From: Alphaproteobacteria bacterium
Lineage (GTDB): Bacteria > Pseudomonadota > Alphaproteobacteria > SP197
Assembly: GCA_964291265.2 (NCBI GenBank)
Contig: OZ219747.1
Span: 2,144,001 to 2,208,000, forward strand
Direction: 5' to 3'
Length of the DNA stretch: 64,000 nucleotides
How positions within the stretch are numbered: the first letter of the stretch is position 1; the number at the start of each line of letters is the position of its first letter. This document shows positions 31,447 through 42,430 of the stretch, one piece after another. The notes under the pieces are model-generated. The model ran no database searches and was not told the origin of the DNA. It saw only the letters and a list, made by a program, of their open reading frames with translations. A program made the translations under genes and the position numbers.

Positions 31447-32940
31447 ATGACGATCGCCATGCCGCAGCCCGACCCGGGGGTTCTTGCGGCCCGCGGCAGG
31501 CTGATTGGCGAACTCGGAGCCATTGTTGCGCCCGACAACCTGGTGACCGACGAGGCCGGTCTGAAGACCTACGAGTGCGATGGTCTGTCCGCCTACAGGG
31601 AACTGCCCCTCGCTGTTGTCCTGCCGGAAACCACCGGTGAGGTGGCGCGCATACTCGACCTGTGCCGGCGCCACGGCGTCAAGGTGGTGCCCCGTGGTTC
31701 GGGAACGGGTCTTTCCGGTGGTGCCCTGCCGCTGAAGGACGGAGTTCTCCTGGGCCTCGGCAAGTTCAACCGCGTTCTCGATATCGACTATGCCAATCGC
31801 TGCGTGACCGTGCAGCCGGGTGTGACCAACCTCGCCATCTCGCAGGCAGTGGACCATCGCGGCTTCCACTATGCGCCTGATCCGTCGAGTCAGCTCGCCT
31901 GTTCGATCGGCGGCAATGTCGCCGAGAACTCCGGCGGAGTCCATTGTCTCAAGTACGGCGTGACGACCAATAATCTTCTCGGTCTCGAGATCGTGCTGAT
32001 GTCGGGTAAGATCGTCAGGATTGGCGGCAAGTACATGGACAGCGACGGCTACGACCTGCTCGGCATCGTCACCGGATCGGAAGGGTTGCTCGGCGTCATC
32101 ACCGAAGTGACCGTGCGTATCCTCCCCAAGCCCGCCTCGGTGAGTACCCTTCTGATCGGCTTCGACGAACTCGTTGCGGCGGGGGATTGCGTGGCCCGCA
32201 TCATCGCAACGGGAATCATTCCCGCAGGTCTCGAAATGATGGACAGGGCCGCGGTCCATGCGACCGAGGAATTCTGCAAGGCAGGGTATCCCCTTGACGT
32301 CGAGGCCCTGCTGATCTGCGAACTCGACGGTCCCGGACCGGAGGTCGCTGAACTGGCTGGCAGGGTCGAGGAGATCGCAGGAGATCTCGGGGCGTCGACC
32401 ATCAGGAGGGCGGCGAGCGAGGAGGAAAGGGAGCGCTTCTGGCTGGGCCGCAAGTCGGCCTTTCCGGCGGTCGGCCGGCTCTCACCCGATTACTACTGCA
32501 TCGACGGCACCATCCCGCGGCGGCGTCTGGCGGAGGTCCTGACACGCATGGAGGATCTGTCCGCACGCCATGGCCTGGGGGTGGTCAATGTCTTTCACGC
32601 TGGCGACGGCAACCTTCATCCCCTGATCATGTACGACATCGACAAGCCGGGCGATCTGGAGAAAGCGGAGGCTCTCGCCCGGGACATTCTCACCCTGTGC
32701 GTCGAACTCGGTGGTGTCCTGAGCGGAGAGCACGGGATCGGGGTCGAGAAGCGGGATCTCATGGGGACCATGTTCTCGGACGAGGAGTTGAAACAGCAGC
32801 AGAGGGTGAAATGCGCCTTTGATCCCGAGGGCCTGCTCAATCCGGGGAAGGTGTTTCCCGTTCTCCACCGGTGCGCCGAACTTGGACACATGCATGTGCA
32901 CAGGGGCCAGGTGCCCTTTCCCGATCTTCCCCGGTTCTGA
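31447..32940 (+). CDS. glcD: Glycolate oxidase FAD-linked subunit
   Basis: PRGSGTGLSGGA, PDPSS, GSEGLLG, HAGDGNLHP and GEHGIGVEK motifs; followed by glcE and glcF. Confidence 0.93.
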   Translation: MTIAMPQPDPGVLAARGRLIGELGAIVAPDNLVTDEAGLKTYECDGLSAYRELPLAVVLPETTGEVARILDLCRRHGVKVVPRGSGTGLSGGALPLKDGVLLGLGKFNRVLDIDYANRCVTVQPGVTNLAISQAVDHRGFHYAPDPSSQLACSIGGNVAENSGGVHCLKYGVTTNNLLGLEIVLMSGKIVRIGGKYMDSDGYDLLGIVTGSEGLLGVITEVTVRILPKPASVSTLLIGFDELVAAGDCVARIIATGIIPAGLEMMDRAAVHATEEFCKAGYPLDVEALLICELDGPGPEVAELAGRVEEIAGDLGASTIRRAASEEERERFWLGRKSAFPAVGRLSPDYYCIDGTIPRRRLAEVLTRMEDLSARHGLGVVNVFHAGDGNLHPLIMYDIDKPGDLEKAEALARDILTLCVELGGVLSGEHGIGVEKRDLMGTMFSDEELKQQQRVKCAFDPEGLLNPGKVFPVLHRCAELGHMHVHRGQVPFPDLPRF

Positions 32941-32945
32941 CCTCC

Positions 32946-34163
32946 ATGACCGGGAAGACCTTTCGCCCGGTGGACGAGAAGGAACTCGCCGGCCTCGTGG
33001 TCTGGGCTGCTGCCGACGGTGTATCTCTGGAGATCATCGGCAACGGGAGCAAGCGGGGACTGGGTCACGCAATTTCCGCGGATCACGTGGTCGACATGTC
33101 GCAGCGTACCGGAATTGTCGACTACGAGCCGGCCGAATTGGTACTCACCGTGGAAGCCGGAACGACTCTCGCCTCAATCGAGACACGTCTCGGGGCGGCG
33201 AACCAGCAGATGGCATTCGAACCTCCGGACTACGGTCCCCTGCTGGGTCGGTCGGCCGCCACGGCGACCATCGGCGGAACCATGGCCGGCAACCTCTCCG
33301 GGCCGCGGCGCGTCAGCGCTGGAGCGGCGCGCGATCATGCGCTGGGCGCGGAGGCGGTGACCGGCCGGGGGGAGGTGATCAGGACCGGCGGCCGCGTGGT
33401 GAAGAACGTGACCGGCTATGACATCACCAGGTTGCTGTGTGGATCCTGGGGCACGCTGGCGGTCATCACCCGGCTCTCGCTCAAGGTGCTGCCGGCGCCG
33501 GAGAAGACACGCACTCTCCTCGTGACAGGTCTCGCGCCGCCGGCCGGCTGTCGGGTCATGGGCGAGGTTCTCGCTTCACCGCACGGCGTGTCGGCGGCGG
33601 CCTGGCTGCCGGCCGTCATGGCATCGAGGTCAGCCGTCGACTGCGTGTCATCGTCTGGCACCTCGGTCACGGCGGTCCGGATCGAGGGACCCTCCGCCTC
33701 GGTGCTTGTCCGCCATGACAGCCTGCGGTCCATGCTTGCCGCGCAAGGCCCGGTGGAGGAACTTCATGGCCGCAGTTCCGGAGCGTTCTGGAAGGAAGTG
33801 CGTGACGTGGCAACCTTCGTGTCACCGAACACAGCCGTCATGCGCCTGTCGGTACCGCCAGCCTCGGGAGACGCGGCCTGTGAGCGAATCACGGCATCGG
33901 GCGGAGAGGCCTTTCTCGACTGGGGCGGCGGGCTCGTCTGGTGTGCGTTCACGCCATCGCCGGAGACGGCCGCGACCATCAGGAACATCGCGACGGACCT
34001 TGACGGTCACGCGACGCTGATACGGGCGGAAGAGGAACTCAAGGCCGCGGTGCCCGTCTTCCATCCCCAGCCGGCCGAACGGCGCGACCTCACGCTGCGA
34101 ATCCGTGAAGGATTCGATCCCTGCGGCATCCTCAATCCCGGTCGCATGGCCATGGTGGACTGA
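32946..34163 (+). CDS. glcE: Glycolate oxidase FAD-binding subunit
   Basis: YEPAELV, FEPP, GGRVVKNVTGYD and FDPCGILNPGR motifs. Confidence 0.92.
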   Translation: MTGKTFRPVDEKELAGLVVWAAADGVSLEIIGNGSKRGLGHAISADHVVDMSQRTGIVDYEPAELVLTVEAGTTLASIETRLGAANQQMAFEPPDYGPLLGRSAATATIGGTMAGNLSGPRRVSAGAARDHALGAEAVTGRGEVIRTGGRVVKNVTGYDITRLLCGSWGTLAVITRLSLKVLPAPEKTRTLLVTGLAPPAGCRVMGEVLASPHGVSAAAWLPAVMASRSAVDCVSSSGTSVTAVRIEGPSASVLVRHDSLRSMLAAQGPVEELHGRSSGAFWKEVRDVATFVSPNTAVMRLSVPPASGDAACERITASGGEAFLDWGGGLVWCAFTPSPETAATIRNIATDLDGHATLIRAEEELKAAVPVFHPQPAERRDLTLRIREGFDPCGILNPGRMAMVD

Positions 34164-34167
34164 AGCC

Positions 34168-35439
34168 ATGCACACGGCGATCGATCTTGCGGCCCTGGCG
34201 AATCCGCAGGTGCGGGAGGCGGAACGCATTCTCAAGACCTGCGTGCATTGCGGGATGTGTCTGGCAACCTGCCCGACCTATCTCCTGCTGGGTGACGAGC
34301 GTGACAGTCCGCGAGGCCGCATCTATCTCATCAAGGGCATGCTGGAGAGCGCGGAGCCTCCGCAAGATACCACGGTCCGCCACATCGACCGCTGCCTGAC
34401 CTGCCTTTCCTGCATGACGACATGTCCGTCGGGGGTGAATTACAGGCACCTTGCGGACCATGCGCGCAGCCATATCGAGACGACCCATCGCCGCAGGCCT
34501 CTCGACAGGTCGGTGCGGCGCCTGCTGGCGTGGGTTCTTCCGTCTCCGCGGCGGTTCCGCCTGGCGCTCGTCGGCGCTCTCCTCGTGCGGCCTGTGGCAG
34601 GGATGTTGCCCCCATTGGTTCGCCGCATGGTGAGAATGGCGCCTGGTTCGTTGCCTTCGCCTTCGTGGAGCGATGTCCCGGCAGTCCATCGCGCCCTCGG
34701 CCAGCGCCGGATGAGGGTCGCCCTCCACACGGGGTGCGCGCAGCAGGTCCTGGCACCGCGCGTCAACGAGGCGACGGTCCGGCTGCTCACTCGTCTTGGT
34801 TGCGAGGTGGTGGTGTCGCCGGGGAGCGGTTGCTGCGGTGCGCTCGGCCACCACCTGGGCCATGTCGAGGATGCGAGGACGGCGGCGCGGCGCAACATTG
34901 CCGCGTGGGAATCCTCAGGCCCCCTTGATGCCGTGGTGAGCAACGCCTCGGGTTGCGGCAGCCAGCTCAAGGACTATGGCGGTCTTCTGGCCGACAATCC
35001 GGAATGGGCCGAACGTGCCCGTGCCCTGGCCTCCAGGGTTGTCGATGTCACGGAAGTCATCGAACCACTGCTCAAGCCATCGCAGCCGCCATCGCAGGCA
35101 CCCGGGATCGCGTGTCATGTTCCCTGTTCCCTTCAGCACGGCCAGAAAATTGGCGACCTTCCTCACCGATTGCTGAAGCGCTGCGGTTTTGTCGTGAAGG
35201 ACATTGGCGAGGGGCACATCTGTTGCGGGTCGGCCGGTACCTACAACCTGCTGCAGGACGGTCTGTCACGCCGTCTCCTGGAGCGAAAGTGCGGGCACGT
35301 TGCCGCCATGGACGCCGATGTCGTGGCCACCGGCAACATCGGCTGCATGGTGCAGCTTGCCCGGGGCACACCATTGCCGGTGCTGCACACGGTGGAGCTT
35401 CTCGACTGGGCTACCGGTGGACCGCCCCCGCCATCATGA
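34168..35439 (+). CDS. glcF: Glycolate oxidase iron-sulfur subunit
   Basis: CVHCGMCLATCPTY, CLTCLSCMTTCPSGV, two CCG motifs, NIGC. Confidence 0.93.
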   Translation: MHTAIDLAALANPQVREAERILKTCVHCGMCLATCPTYLLLGDERDSPRGRIYLIKGMLESAEPPQDTTVRHIDRCLTCLSCMTTCPSGVNYRHLADHARSHIETTHRRRPLDRSVRRLLAWVLPSPRRFRLALVGALLVRPVAGMLPPLVRRMVRMAPGSLPSPSWSDVPAVHRALGQRRMRVALHTGCAQQVLAPRVNEATVRLLTRLGCEVVVSPGSGCCGALGHHLGHVEDARTAARRNIAAWESSGPLDAVVSNASGCGSQLKDYGGLLADNPEWAERARALASRVVDVTEVIEPLLKPSQPPSQAPGIACHVPCSLQHGQKIGDLPHRLLKRCGFVVKDIGEGHICCGSAGTYNLLQDGLSRRLLERKCGHVAAMDADVVATGNIGCMVQLARGTPLPVLHTVELLDWATGGPPPPS

Positions 35440-35999
35440 GGACCATGTTCCGACTGATATCCGGCCTCATCGTTGCCGGACTTCTTCTTCAGGCCACGCC
35501 GCTCGGCGCGGCGCAGGACGATCCGCGACTCGATACGCTGTTCCGGCAGCTTCATGAAACGATCGATGATCGCCTGGCGCTGCGGCTCCAGCAGGAAATC
35601 TGGAGGGTATGGCTGCACTCGGACGATTCGGGACTCGAAGCCCTGATGCGGGGCGGCAGGGTACTCATGCAGCGCGGTGACCACGCCGGAGCGGTCACCG
35701 TGTTCAGTCGGCTGATCGAGCTGGCACCGGACTTTGCCGAGGCATGGAACAGGCGGGCGACGGCCCTTTACCTGATGGAGCGTTTCGATGACTCCATCGC
35801 AGACTGCATGCGGGTTCTTGAGCTCGAGCCCCGGCACTTCGGCGCCCTCTCCGGGCTCGGACTGATCCATGTGGCGCTCGGCAAGCCTGACGTCGCGCTC
35901 TACTGGTACAGGGAGGCCCTGAAGCAGAATCCTCACATGCCGGCGGTCAGGGAACGGGTGGAGGATCTCGCCGACGAGGTCGAGGGCGAACCCGTCTGA
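35436..35999 (+). CDS. TPR-repeat protein with signal peptide
   Basis: Hydrophobic N-terminus; PDFAEAWNRRAT and EPRHFGALSGLG. Confidence 0.88.
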   Translation: MRTMFRLISGLIVAGLLLQATPLGAAQDDPRLDTLFRQLHETIDDRLALRLQQEIWRVWLHSDDSGLEALMRGGRVLMQRGDHAGAVTVFSRLIELAPDFAEAWNRRATALYLMERFDDSIADCMRVLELEPRHFGALSGLGLIHVALGKPDVALYWYREALKQNPHMPAVRERVEDLADEVEGEPV

Positions 36000-36015
36000 C
36001 GCCTTCCGATTCCGC

Positions 36016-36525
36016 TCAACCGCGATCCAGGAGACCCTCGTGGCGCAGCAGCCATTCCTTGCGGCTGATGCCGCCGCCGTAACCGGTCAGCGTGCCGTTC
36101 GCGCCGATCACGCGATGGCAGGGATGGACGATGGCAATCGGGTTGCGACCGTTGGCCTGCCCCACGGCCCGTCTGGCACTGGGATTGCCGACTCTCGTCG
36201 CCAGTTCGCCGTAGCTGATGGTCGCGCCACAGGGAATCGTGCGCAGGCACTGCCAGACGGACTCCTGGAACGGGGTTCCCTTTGGCCGTGTGGGAATGTC
36301 CTCGATGGCATCGAGTTGACCGCCAAGATAGGCGGCAAGCCTGTCGGCGATGCCTGAAGGATCCGATGCCGAGCGTCGAATCCCTTCCGGGTACTGCCTG
36401 GCGATCAGGTCGTGGAACCGGCCTTCATCATCCATGAAGTCGAGGACTTCCAACGCTTCGGTGGCAATGAGCATGCCGATGGGGCCGATCGGGCTCGCGA
36501 GTTCAGTCGTGTAGGGTTCGGACAT
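36016..36525 (-). CDS. ogt: Methylated-DNA--protein-cysteine methyltransferase
   Basis: GTPFQ, RAVGQAN and active-site PCHRV. Confidence 0.93.
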   Translation of the reverse strand: MSEPYTTELASPIGPIGMLIATEALEVLDFMDDEGRFHDLIARQYPEGIRRSASDPSGIADRLAAYLGGQLDAIEDIPTRPKGTPFQESVWQCLRTIPCGATISYGELATRVGNPSARRAVGQANGRNPIAIVHPCHRVIGANGTLTGYGGGISRKEWLLRHEGLLDRG

Positions 36526-36674
36526 GGTTGTCACCTTCAGAAATCCGGGATCATCCTACACGCTGGGGCCCGGCCCGACGACAGGCCGGTTGTGGAGGGA
36601 TTCAGAGCGCCAACACCTCTGGAATGAGGGGGCGTGATAGGGTACCTGTCGACTGCGTCAAATCGGGGATCACC

Positions 36675-36869
36675 ATGAGCGTCGAACCGCCTGAAGTCGT
36701 CGAAACCGACTCCCCGAAGGTCTGGTGCGATGGCGGCGGGGTTCTGGGACACCCGCGTGTCTACTATGACCTCAGCGCCCACGGCGCCGTCGACTGCGGC
36801 TACTGCGACAGACGATTCGTCTGGCTGGGATACAAGGGCGCGCAGGGGCGCTCCGGGTCCCGCGAATGA
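36675..36869 (+). CDS. zf-CHCC-type zinc-finger protein
   Basis: CDGGG.LGHPRVY...CGYCDRRF. Confidence 0.88.
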   Translation: MSVEPPEVVETDSPKVWCDGGGVLGHPRVYYDLSAHGAVDCGYCDRRFVWLGYKGAQGRSGSRE

Positions 36870-36903
36870 CACCGCGCCGCAGCACGGGGCCGGGGTAAGC
36901 GCC

Positions 36904-39606
36904 ATGGCGCCGTGTCGACACGTGTTCCTGATCGATGCCTCGGGGTTCATTTTCCGTGCTTTCCACGCCCTGCCGGACATGCACCGGTCGGACGGAACAC
37001 CGGTCAACGCGGTCAGGGGGTTCTGCAACATGATCATGAAGGTGATCGGCGAAACCGACGCCGATCACATCGCCTGCGTCTTCGACTACAGTTCCCGGAG
37101 TTTTCGCAACGACATCTACGATCTCTACAAGGCCCATCGCCCGGAGACACCCGAAGATCTGGTACCCCAGTTTCCGCTGATCAGGGAGGCAGCAAGGGCT
37201 TTCAATCTGCAGGTGGTGGAGATGGAAGGCTACGAGGCCGACGACATCATCGCCACCTACGCCCGCATGGCCAGCGAGGCCGGCGCGAGGACCACCATCG
37301 TGTCGTCGGACAAGGATCTCATGCAGCTGGTTTCGGACCAGGTGACCATGCAGGACGGGATGAAGGACCGGGTCGTCGGCGCAGCGGAGGTGGTGGAGAA
37401 GTTCGGTGTGCCTCCCGGCAAGGTGGTCGACGTTCAGGCGCTGGCCGGCGATTCGACGGACAACGTGCCGGGCGTGCCCGGGATCGGACCCAAGACCGCC
37501 GCGTTGCTCATCAACGAATACGGCGACCTCGAGACCCTTCTGCAGCGGGCACACGAAATCAGGCAGCCCAGGCGGCGCGAGAATCTGCTGGCACACGCCG
37601 ATGATGCGCGGATGTCGCTCAGACTCGTGACACTCGATCGCCACGTACCCGATTTGACGCCGCTTGAGGGACTCGCCCGGCAGGAACCCGATGCCGACAG
37701 TCTCATCGGGTTCCTGCAGTCCCAGGACTTCCGGACTCTCATCGGCAGGGCCGAGGCCTGGGTGGGCCAGAGGGCAGGGGCCGGCGCCACCATGGCTGCG
37801 GACACCATTGCCTACGATCTGATCCAGGATCTGGAGGATCTCGAGCGCTGGGTGGCCGAAGCGACGCGCCGCGGCTTCGTGGCCATCGATACGGAAACCA
37901 CGGGTCTCGATGCCATGACCGCCGACCTCGTCGGCATCTCTCTTTCCATGCATCCCGGCACCGGGTGCTACATTCCGCTGGCCCACAGGTCCCCCGGGCT
38001 GATGCACGAGACACCACGGCAGCTGGCGGTCGGGACGGTGTGCGAGGTGCTGGCGCCGTTGCTGGCCGACCCTGCGGTGCTCAAGGTTGGACACAACATC
38101 AAGTACGACTGCCACATGCTTGCCCGCACCGGCATGCCGGTCCATCCGGTGGACGACACCATGCTCCTGTCATGGTGCCTGGACGCCGGCAGGTGGCGCC
38201 ATTCCATCGACGCCCTCGCCGCGGAGCATTGCGGCCGCCAGGTGACCTCATTCAAGGAGGTGGCCGGCCGGGGCAAGTCCCAGGTGACCTTCGATCTGGT
38301 TCCCCTGGACCGGGCCCGCGACTATGCGGCAGAGGACGCCGACGTGACGCTGGACCTTTGGCATCGGCTCAGGCCGCGCCTCGTTCCGGAACGCATCGCG
38401 AGGGTCTACGAGACCATCGAAAGGCCGCTGATTCCGGTCCTCGCCGCCATGGAGCGAGCCGGAATCAAGGTGGACCGGGAGCAACTCGAACGGCTCTCGG
38501 GCGAATTCGGACGGCGCATCCGGGACCTGGAAGACGGGATCCACGCCCTGGCCGGGAGGCCCTTCACCATCGGTTCGCCGAAGCAGCTTGGCGAGGTCCT
38601 GTTCGACGAGATGGGACTGGATGACGAAAGAAAGCGTTCGACGGGCGCTGACGTTCTCGAGGGTCTTGCCGCCCAGGGTCACGAACTGCCCGCCCGGGTG
38701 CTCGAATGGCGCCAGCTGTCGAAACTCAAGAGCACCTACACCGATGCCCTCGTCGAGCAGATCGATCCCGCCACCGGGCGGGTCCACACATCGTTTTCCA
38801 TGACGTCCGCGCCGACCGGGCGTCTCGCCTCCACGGATCCCAATCTCCAGAACATTCCGATCCGCACCGAGGAGGGGCGCCGCATCCGCAGCGCCTTTGT
38901 CGGTGAACCGGGTCATCTCCTGATGTCGGCGGACTATTCCCAGATCGAGTTGCGCCTGCTGGCTCACATCGCCGACATCGCATCGCTCAAGCAGGCCTTC
39001 CACGACGGCATCGACATTCACGCGATGACTGCAAGCGAGGTGTTCGATGTTCCCCTGGAGACGATGGACCCGCTCACAAGGCGCAAGGCCAAGGCCATCA
39101 ACTTCGGCATCATCTACGGTATCAGCGCCTTCGGGCTGGCCCGCCAGCTCTCCATCGACCGCGATGAGGCGAGGGACTACATCGACGCCTATTTCGAGCG
39201 CTTTCCCGGCATCCGCGGTTACATGGACCGCAGCGTTGCCGAAGCCCGCGAGACGGGCCATGTGACGACGCTGTTCGGCAGAAAGTGCCATCTTCCCGAG
39301 ATCAGGAGTTCAAAGGGTCACATCCGCGCCTACAACGAGCGGGCGGCGATCAATGCGCCGCTCCAAGGGTCGGCTGCCGACGTCATCAAGCGCGCCATGC
39401 TGCGCATTCCTGGCGCCCTGGAAACGGGGTGTCTCAAGGGGCGCATGCTCCTGCAGGTGCACGACGAACTGCTCTTCGAGGTGCCCGAAGACGAGGCCGA
39501 TGAGACGGCGCAATGCATCCGTGGAATCATGGAGGACGCCGCTCACCTCGATGTGCCTCTGACAGTGGATGTCGGCATGGGCGCCGACTGGAACGCCGCA
39601 CACTGA
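36904..39606 (+). CDS. polA: DNA polymerase I
   Basis: 5'-3' exonuclease (EADD, GDSTDNVPG), 3'-5' exonuclease (DTET, YAAEDA), polymerase motifs DYSQIELR, KAINFGIIYG and QVHDE. Confidence 0.97.
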   Translation: MAPCRHVFLIDASGFIFRAFHALPDMHRSDGTPVNAVRGFCNMIMKVIGETDADHIACVFDYSSRSFRNDIYDLYKAHRPETPEDLVPQFPLIREAARAFNLQVVEMEGYEADDIIATYARMASEAGARTTIVSSDKDLMQLVSDQVTMQDGMKDRVVGAAEVVEKFGVPPGKVVDVQALAGDSTDNVPGVPGIGPKTAALLINEYGDLETLLQRAHEIRQPRRRENLLAHADDARMSLRLVTLDRHVPDLTPLEGLARQEPDADSLIGFLQSQDFRTLIGRAEAWVGQRAGAGATMAADTIAYDLIQDLEDLERWVAEATRRGFVAIDTETTGLDAMTADLVGISLSMHPGTGCYIPLAHRSPGLMHETPRQLAVGTVCEVLAPLLADPAVLKVGHNIKYDCHMLARTGMPVHPVDDTMLLSWCLDAGRWRHSIDALAAEHCGRQVTSFKEVAGRGKSQVTFDLVPLDRARDYAAEDADVTLDLWHRLRPRLVPERIARVYETIERPLIPVLAAMERAGIKVDREQLERLSGEFGRRIRDLEDGIHALAGRPFTIGSPKQLGEVLFDEMGLDDERKRSTGADVLEGLAAQGHELPARVLEWRQLSKLKSTYTDALVEQIDPATGRVHTSFSMTSAPTGRLASTDPNLQNIPIRTEEGRRIRSAFVGEPGHLLMSADYSQIELRLLAHIADIASLKQAFHDGIDIHAMTASEVFDVPLETMDPLTRRKAKAINFGIIYGISAFGLARQLSIDRDEARDYIDAYFERFPGIRGYMDRSVAEARETGHVTTLFGRKCHLPEIRSSKGHIRAYNERAAINAPLQGSAADVIKRAMLRIPGALETGCLKGRMLLQVHDELLFEVPEDEADETAQCIRGIMEDAAHLDVPLTVDVGMGADWNAAH

Positions 39607-39723
39607 GGGCCGTTTCGACATCCCGCACGCACCATGGGGGTCTTGGAGTTTGAATCACAAGTCCAGGCATCCTGACCTGATCTCCCGAGGAGGCAGGTCT
39701 GACACCGCGTGATCAAGGCATCA

Positions 39724-40377
39724 TCAATCCAAAGCCTCATCCACAAGAACGCCGTCATCATATTGATTGTAGAGCGTAGTGCCGTCGGCGTGGCGAACGA
39801 CCCATTTGCCGTGCCGCTCGCCGTCGACATAGGAGCCTTCATGGACGGATCCGTCAGCCGCGCGAACGACCCAGTGACCGTGCTGTTTGCCATCGACATA
39901 AAGGCCTTCCCCGACGGATCCGTCACCCGCGCGAATGACCCATTGGCCGTGCTGATCGCCGTCGACATAAGGGCCTCCCCCGACGCCGCCGTCAGTTGCG
40001 CGAATGACCCATTGGCCGTGCCGCTTGCCCTCGACATATGAGCCTCCCATGACGCGGTCGTCATTCTGGAGGACCCATTGACCGTGCCGCTTGCCCCGTA
40101 CCAGCGTGCCCGTGGCCTGGTCGGAACCGTCGGCGGACTCCCGCCCCAAGGTTCCCGGCCCAACGGCGAGGCCGTCCTGGCATTCGCCGAACCAGGTCAC
40201 CGTGTCAGTGGGATCGTAGTAGTGATTGAAAACATAGCAGTCGGGTCGGTCGGCGAGTTCAATCCAGCATTCGGCGCCCTCGCTCATCCCGGCGCATTTC
40301 GGGTTCGGCGCCTCGGCGCCGGCCGACGCGAGCGGGGCGAGGAGAAGCATGAGGAAGGTCGCCCTGAAGCGCAGCAT
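39724..40377 (-). CDS. Secreted protein with Cys-containing N-domain and 23-aa MORN-like repeats
   Basis: Signal peptide; repeats GxYVDGKxHGxWVxRxxDG at ~69-bp period (~39790-40110). Confidence 0.85.
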   Translation of the reverse strand: MLRFRATFLMLLLAPLASAGAEAPNPKCAGMSEGAECWIELADRPDCYVFNHYYDPTDTVTWFGECQDGLAVGPGTLGRESADGSDQATGTLVRGKRHGQWVLQNDDRVMGGSYVEGKRHGQWVIRATDGGVGGGPYVDGDQHGQWVIRAGDGSVGEGLYVDGKQHGHWVVRAADGSVHEGSYVDGERHGKWVVRHADGTTLYNQYDDGVLVDEALD

Positions 40378-40679
40378 ATGTGATTCTCCGTTCAACCGTT
40401 CGGTCGGGCACGAACAAGTCGTCCGCTGAGGAGTACGACCTGCGGCAGGCCGGAACCACCTCGTCGAGGCTGTTCATGCTGCAGTCGTCGGTGCTGTGCA
40501 GGCGTCGCAGTTCCCGGGCCTGCCGGTCCGACAGCTTCTCAAGCATCCCAGGTGCTGGAAGGCGCCCGGGCGTGACCGGACGACACCGGGGTGCGGACCA
40601 GGGTTCATCGGGTTCGCCAGTCGTGTGCTGGGGCTGAGGATGGCGGATTCCTGATCAGCGCGAAGGGTGGTTCCGTCTA

Positions 40680-42317
40680 TTATGGCTGTCGAGGTCCGGC
40701 GCTGCGGACTGCAGCGTCGACGGAGGCGGCGAACGTGGCGAACTGGTGCGTGAAGCGGTTGCAGAGGTCCCTCGCCGTGCCGTCGTGGGCCTCCTTGTCG
40801 TCCCAGGTCCGTCGCGGGTCGAGCAGGTCTTGCGGAACGCTCGGGCAGGTGGTCGGCACCTCGAAGCCGAAGTGGGGGTCCTTGCGGAAGGAGGCCTGTT
40901 TCAGGGAACCGTCGAGTGCGGCGTTCAGCATGGCCCGCGTGTGAACGAGAGGGATGCGGCGCCCGGTGCCGAAGCGGCCTCCCGTCCAGCCGGTGTTGAT
41001 CAACCAGCAGTTGACCTCTTGCCGGCGGAGCCTGTCAGCGAGCAGGCGAGCGTAGACCTCGGGGTGGCGGGGCATGAAGGGCGCCCCGAAACAGGGCGAG
41101 AAGGTCGCTTCGGGATCCTTGCCGACGTCCTGTTCGGTACCCGCGACCTTCGACGTGTAGCCGCACAGGAAATGATAGGTGGCCTGTTCCGCGGTCAGCT
41201 TGGCCACGGGCGGCATGACACCGAATGCATCGGCGGTCAGCAGGATGATGCTGGAAGGATGACCGGCCTGTCCGGTCGTCGAGGCGCCCTCGATGAAATC
41301 CAGGGGATAGGAGGCGCGCGTGTTCTCCGTCAAGCGGCTGTCGTCGAAGTCGATCTCGCGGGTGGTGTCGTCCATGACGACATTCTCCAGCACGGCGCCG
41401 AACCGTCTCGCGGCGGTGTGGATCTCGGGTTCCGTCTCCCGGGAAAGGCGGATCGTCTTGGCATAGCATCCGCCCTCGAAGTTGAAGAGTCCGCTGTCAC
41501 TCCAGCCGTGTTCGTCATCGCCCACGAGACGGCGTTCCGGATCCGCGGAGAGTGTGGTCTTGCCGGTTCCCGAAAGACCGAAGAAGACCGCCGCATCCCC
41601 GCTGCGGCCCACGTTGACGGAACAGTGCATGGGAAGCACGCCTTCTGGGGGGAGAAGGTAGTTGAGGACGGTGAAGACGGACTTCTTGATCTCTCCTGCA
41701 TAGGCCGTGCCCGCGATGAGCGCCAGTCTTGCCGCGAAGTCGATGGCGATCACCGTTGCCGAACGGCATCCGTCGATCCGCGGGTCAGCCTGGAATCCGG
41801 GAGCCTGAATGACGGTGAACTGCGGTTCAAAGCGGTGAAGGGCGGCCGGGGGCGGGGTGATCAGCATGTGGCGGGAAAACAGGCTGTGCCATGCGTGCTC
41901 CGTCACCACGCGAACGTTGAGGCGGTAGTCGGGGTCGGCGCCGGCGTGGAGATCCTGCACGAACGTCTGCCGGGTGCGGAGGTAGTCGAGAATGCGCTGC
42001 CTCAGGGTGCCGAACCGGGCACGTGACAGCGGTGCGTTGAAGGAACCCCAGTTGACCGTGTCACGGGTTTCATCGTCCTCGACGATGAACTTGTCCCTGG
42101 CCGAGCGCCCCGTGTGGGCTCCCGTCAGCACCACAAGGGCACCGCCTTCGGCGATCGATGCCTCGCGCCCGGCAATGGCCCGCTGGTAGAGTTCCGCGGT
42201 TCCGGCGTTGCTCCGGGTCCGGAGCAACGCGTGATCGGCGCCGATGGCACCCGCCAGTCGATTCATCCATCGTTCGCCTGTCTCGTCCTTCCATTCAAGG
42301 ACGAGGCTGCGTTCCAT
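40680..42317 (-). CDS. pckA: Phosphoenolpyruvate carboxykinase (ATP)
   Basis: [35 protein letters not shown] and NFEGGCYAK motifs; start uncertain. Confidence 0.95.
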   Translation of the reverse strand: MERSLVLEWKDETGERWMNRLAGAIGADHALLRTRSNAGTAELYQRAIAGREASIAEGGALVVLTGAHTGRSARDKFIVEDDETRDTVNWGSFNAPLSRARFGTLRQRILDYLRTRQTFVQDLHAGADPDYRLNVRVVTEHAWHSLFSRHMLITPPPAALHRFEPQFTVIQAPGFQADPRIDGCRSATVIAIDFAARLALIAGTAYAGEIKKSVFTVLNYLLPPEGVLPMHCSVNVGRSGDAAVFFGLSGTGKTTLSADPERRLVGDDEHGWSDSGLFNFEGGCYAKTIRLSRETEPEIHTAARRFGAVLENVVMDDTTREIDFDDSRLTENTRASYPLDFIEGASTTGQAGHPSSIILLTADAFGVMPPVAKLTAEQATYHFLCGYTSKVAGTEQDVGKDPEATFSPCFGAPFMPRHPEVYARLLADRLRRQEVNCWLINTGWTGGRFGTGRRIPLVHTRAMLNAALDGSLKQASFRKDPHFGFEVPTTCPSVPQDLLDPRRTWDDKEAHDGTARDLCNRFTHQFATFAASVDAAVRSAGPRQP

Positions 42318-42430
42318 GGCAAGGGGCACCGGCAAGATACCTGTGAACAGCGTGGCCGCATGAATGACACATTTGTACCACGTCACTTGTGGCATGATTG
42401 TGCCCTTGGAGAGGGCCGGAGAACGGGATC

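Noticed and set aside
39790-40110. 69-bp periodic repeats as a CRISPR array
   Set aside because: They encode 23-aa repeats inside an ORF with a signal peptide.
40400-40546. Resolvase C-terminal HTH remnant as a feature
   Set aside because: Only ~20 aa of resemblance; mentioned as a hint only.
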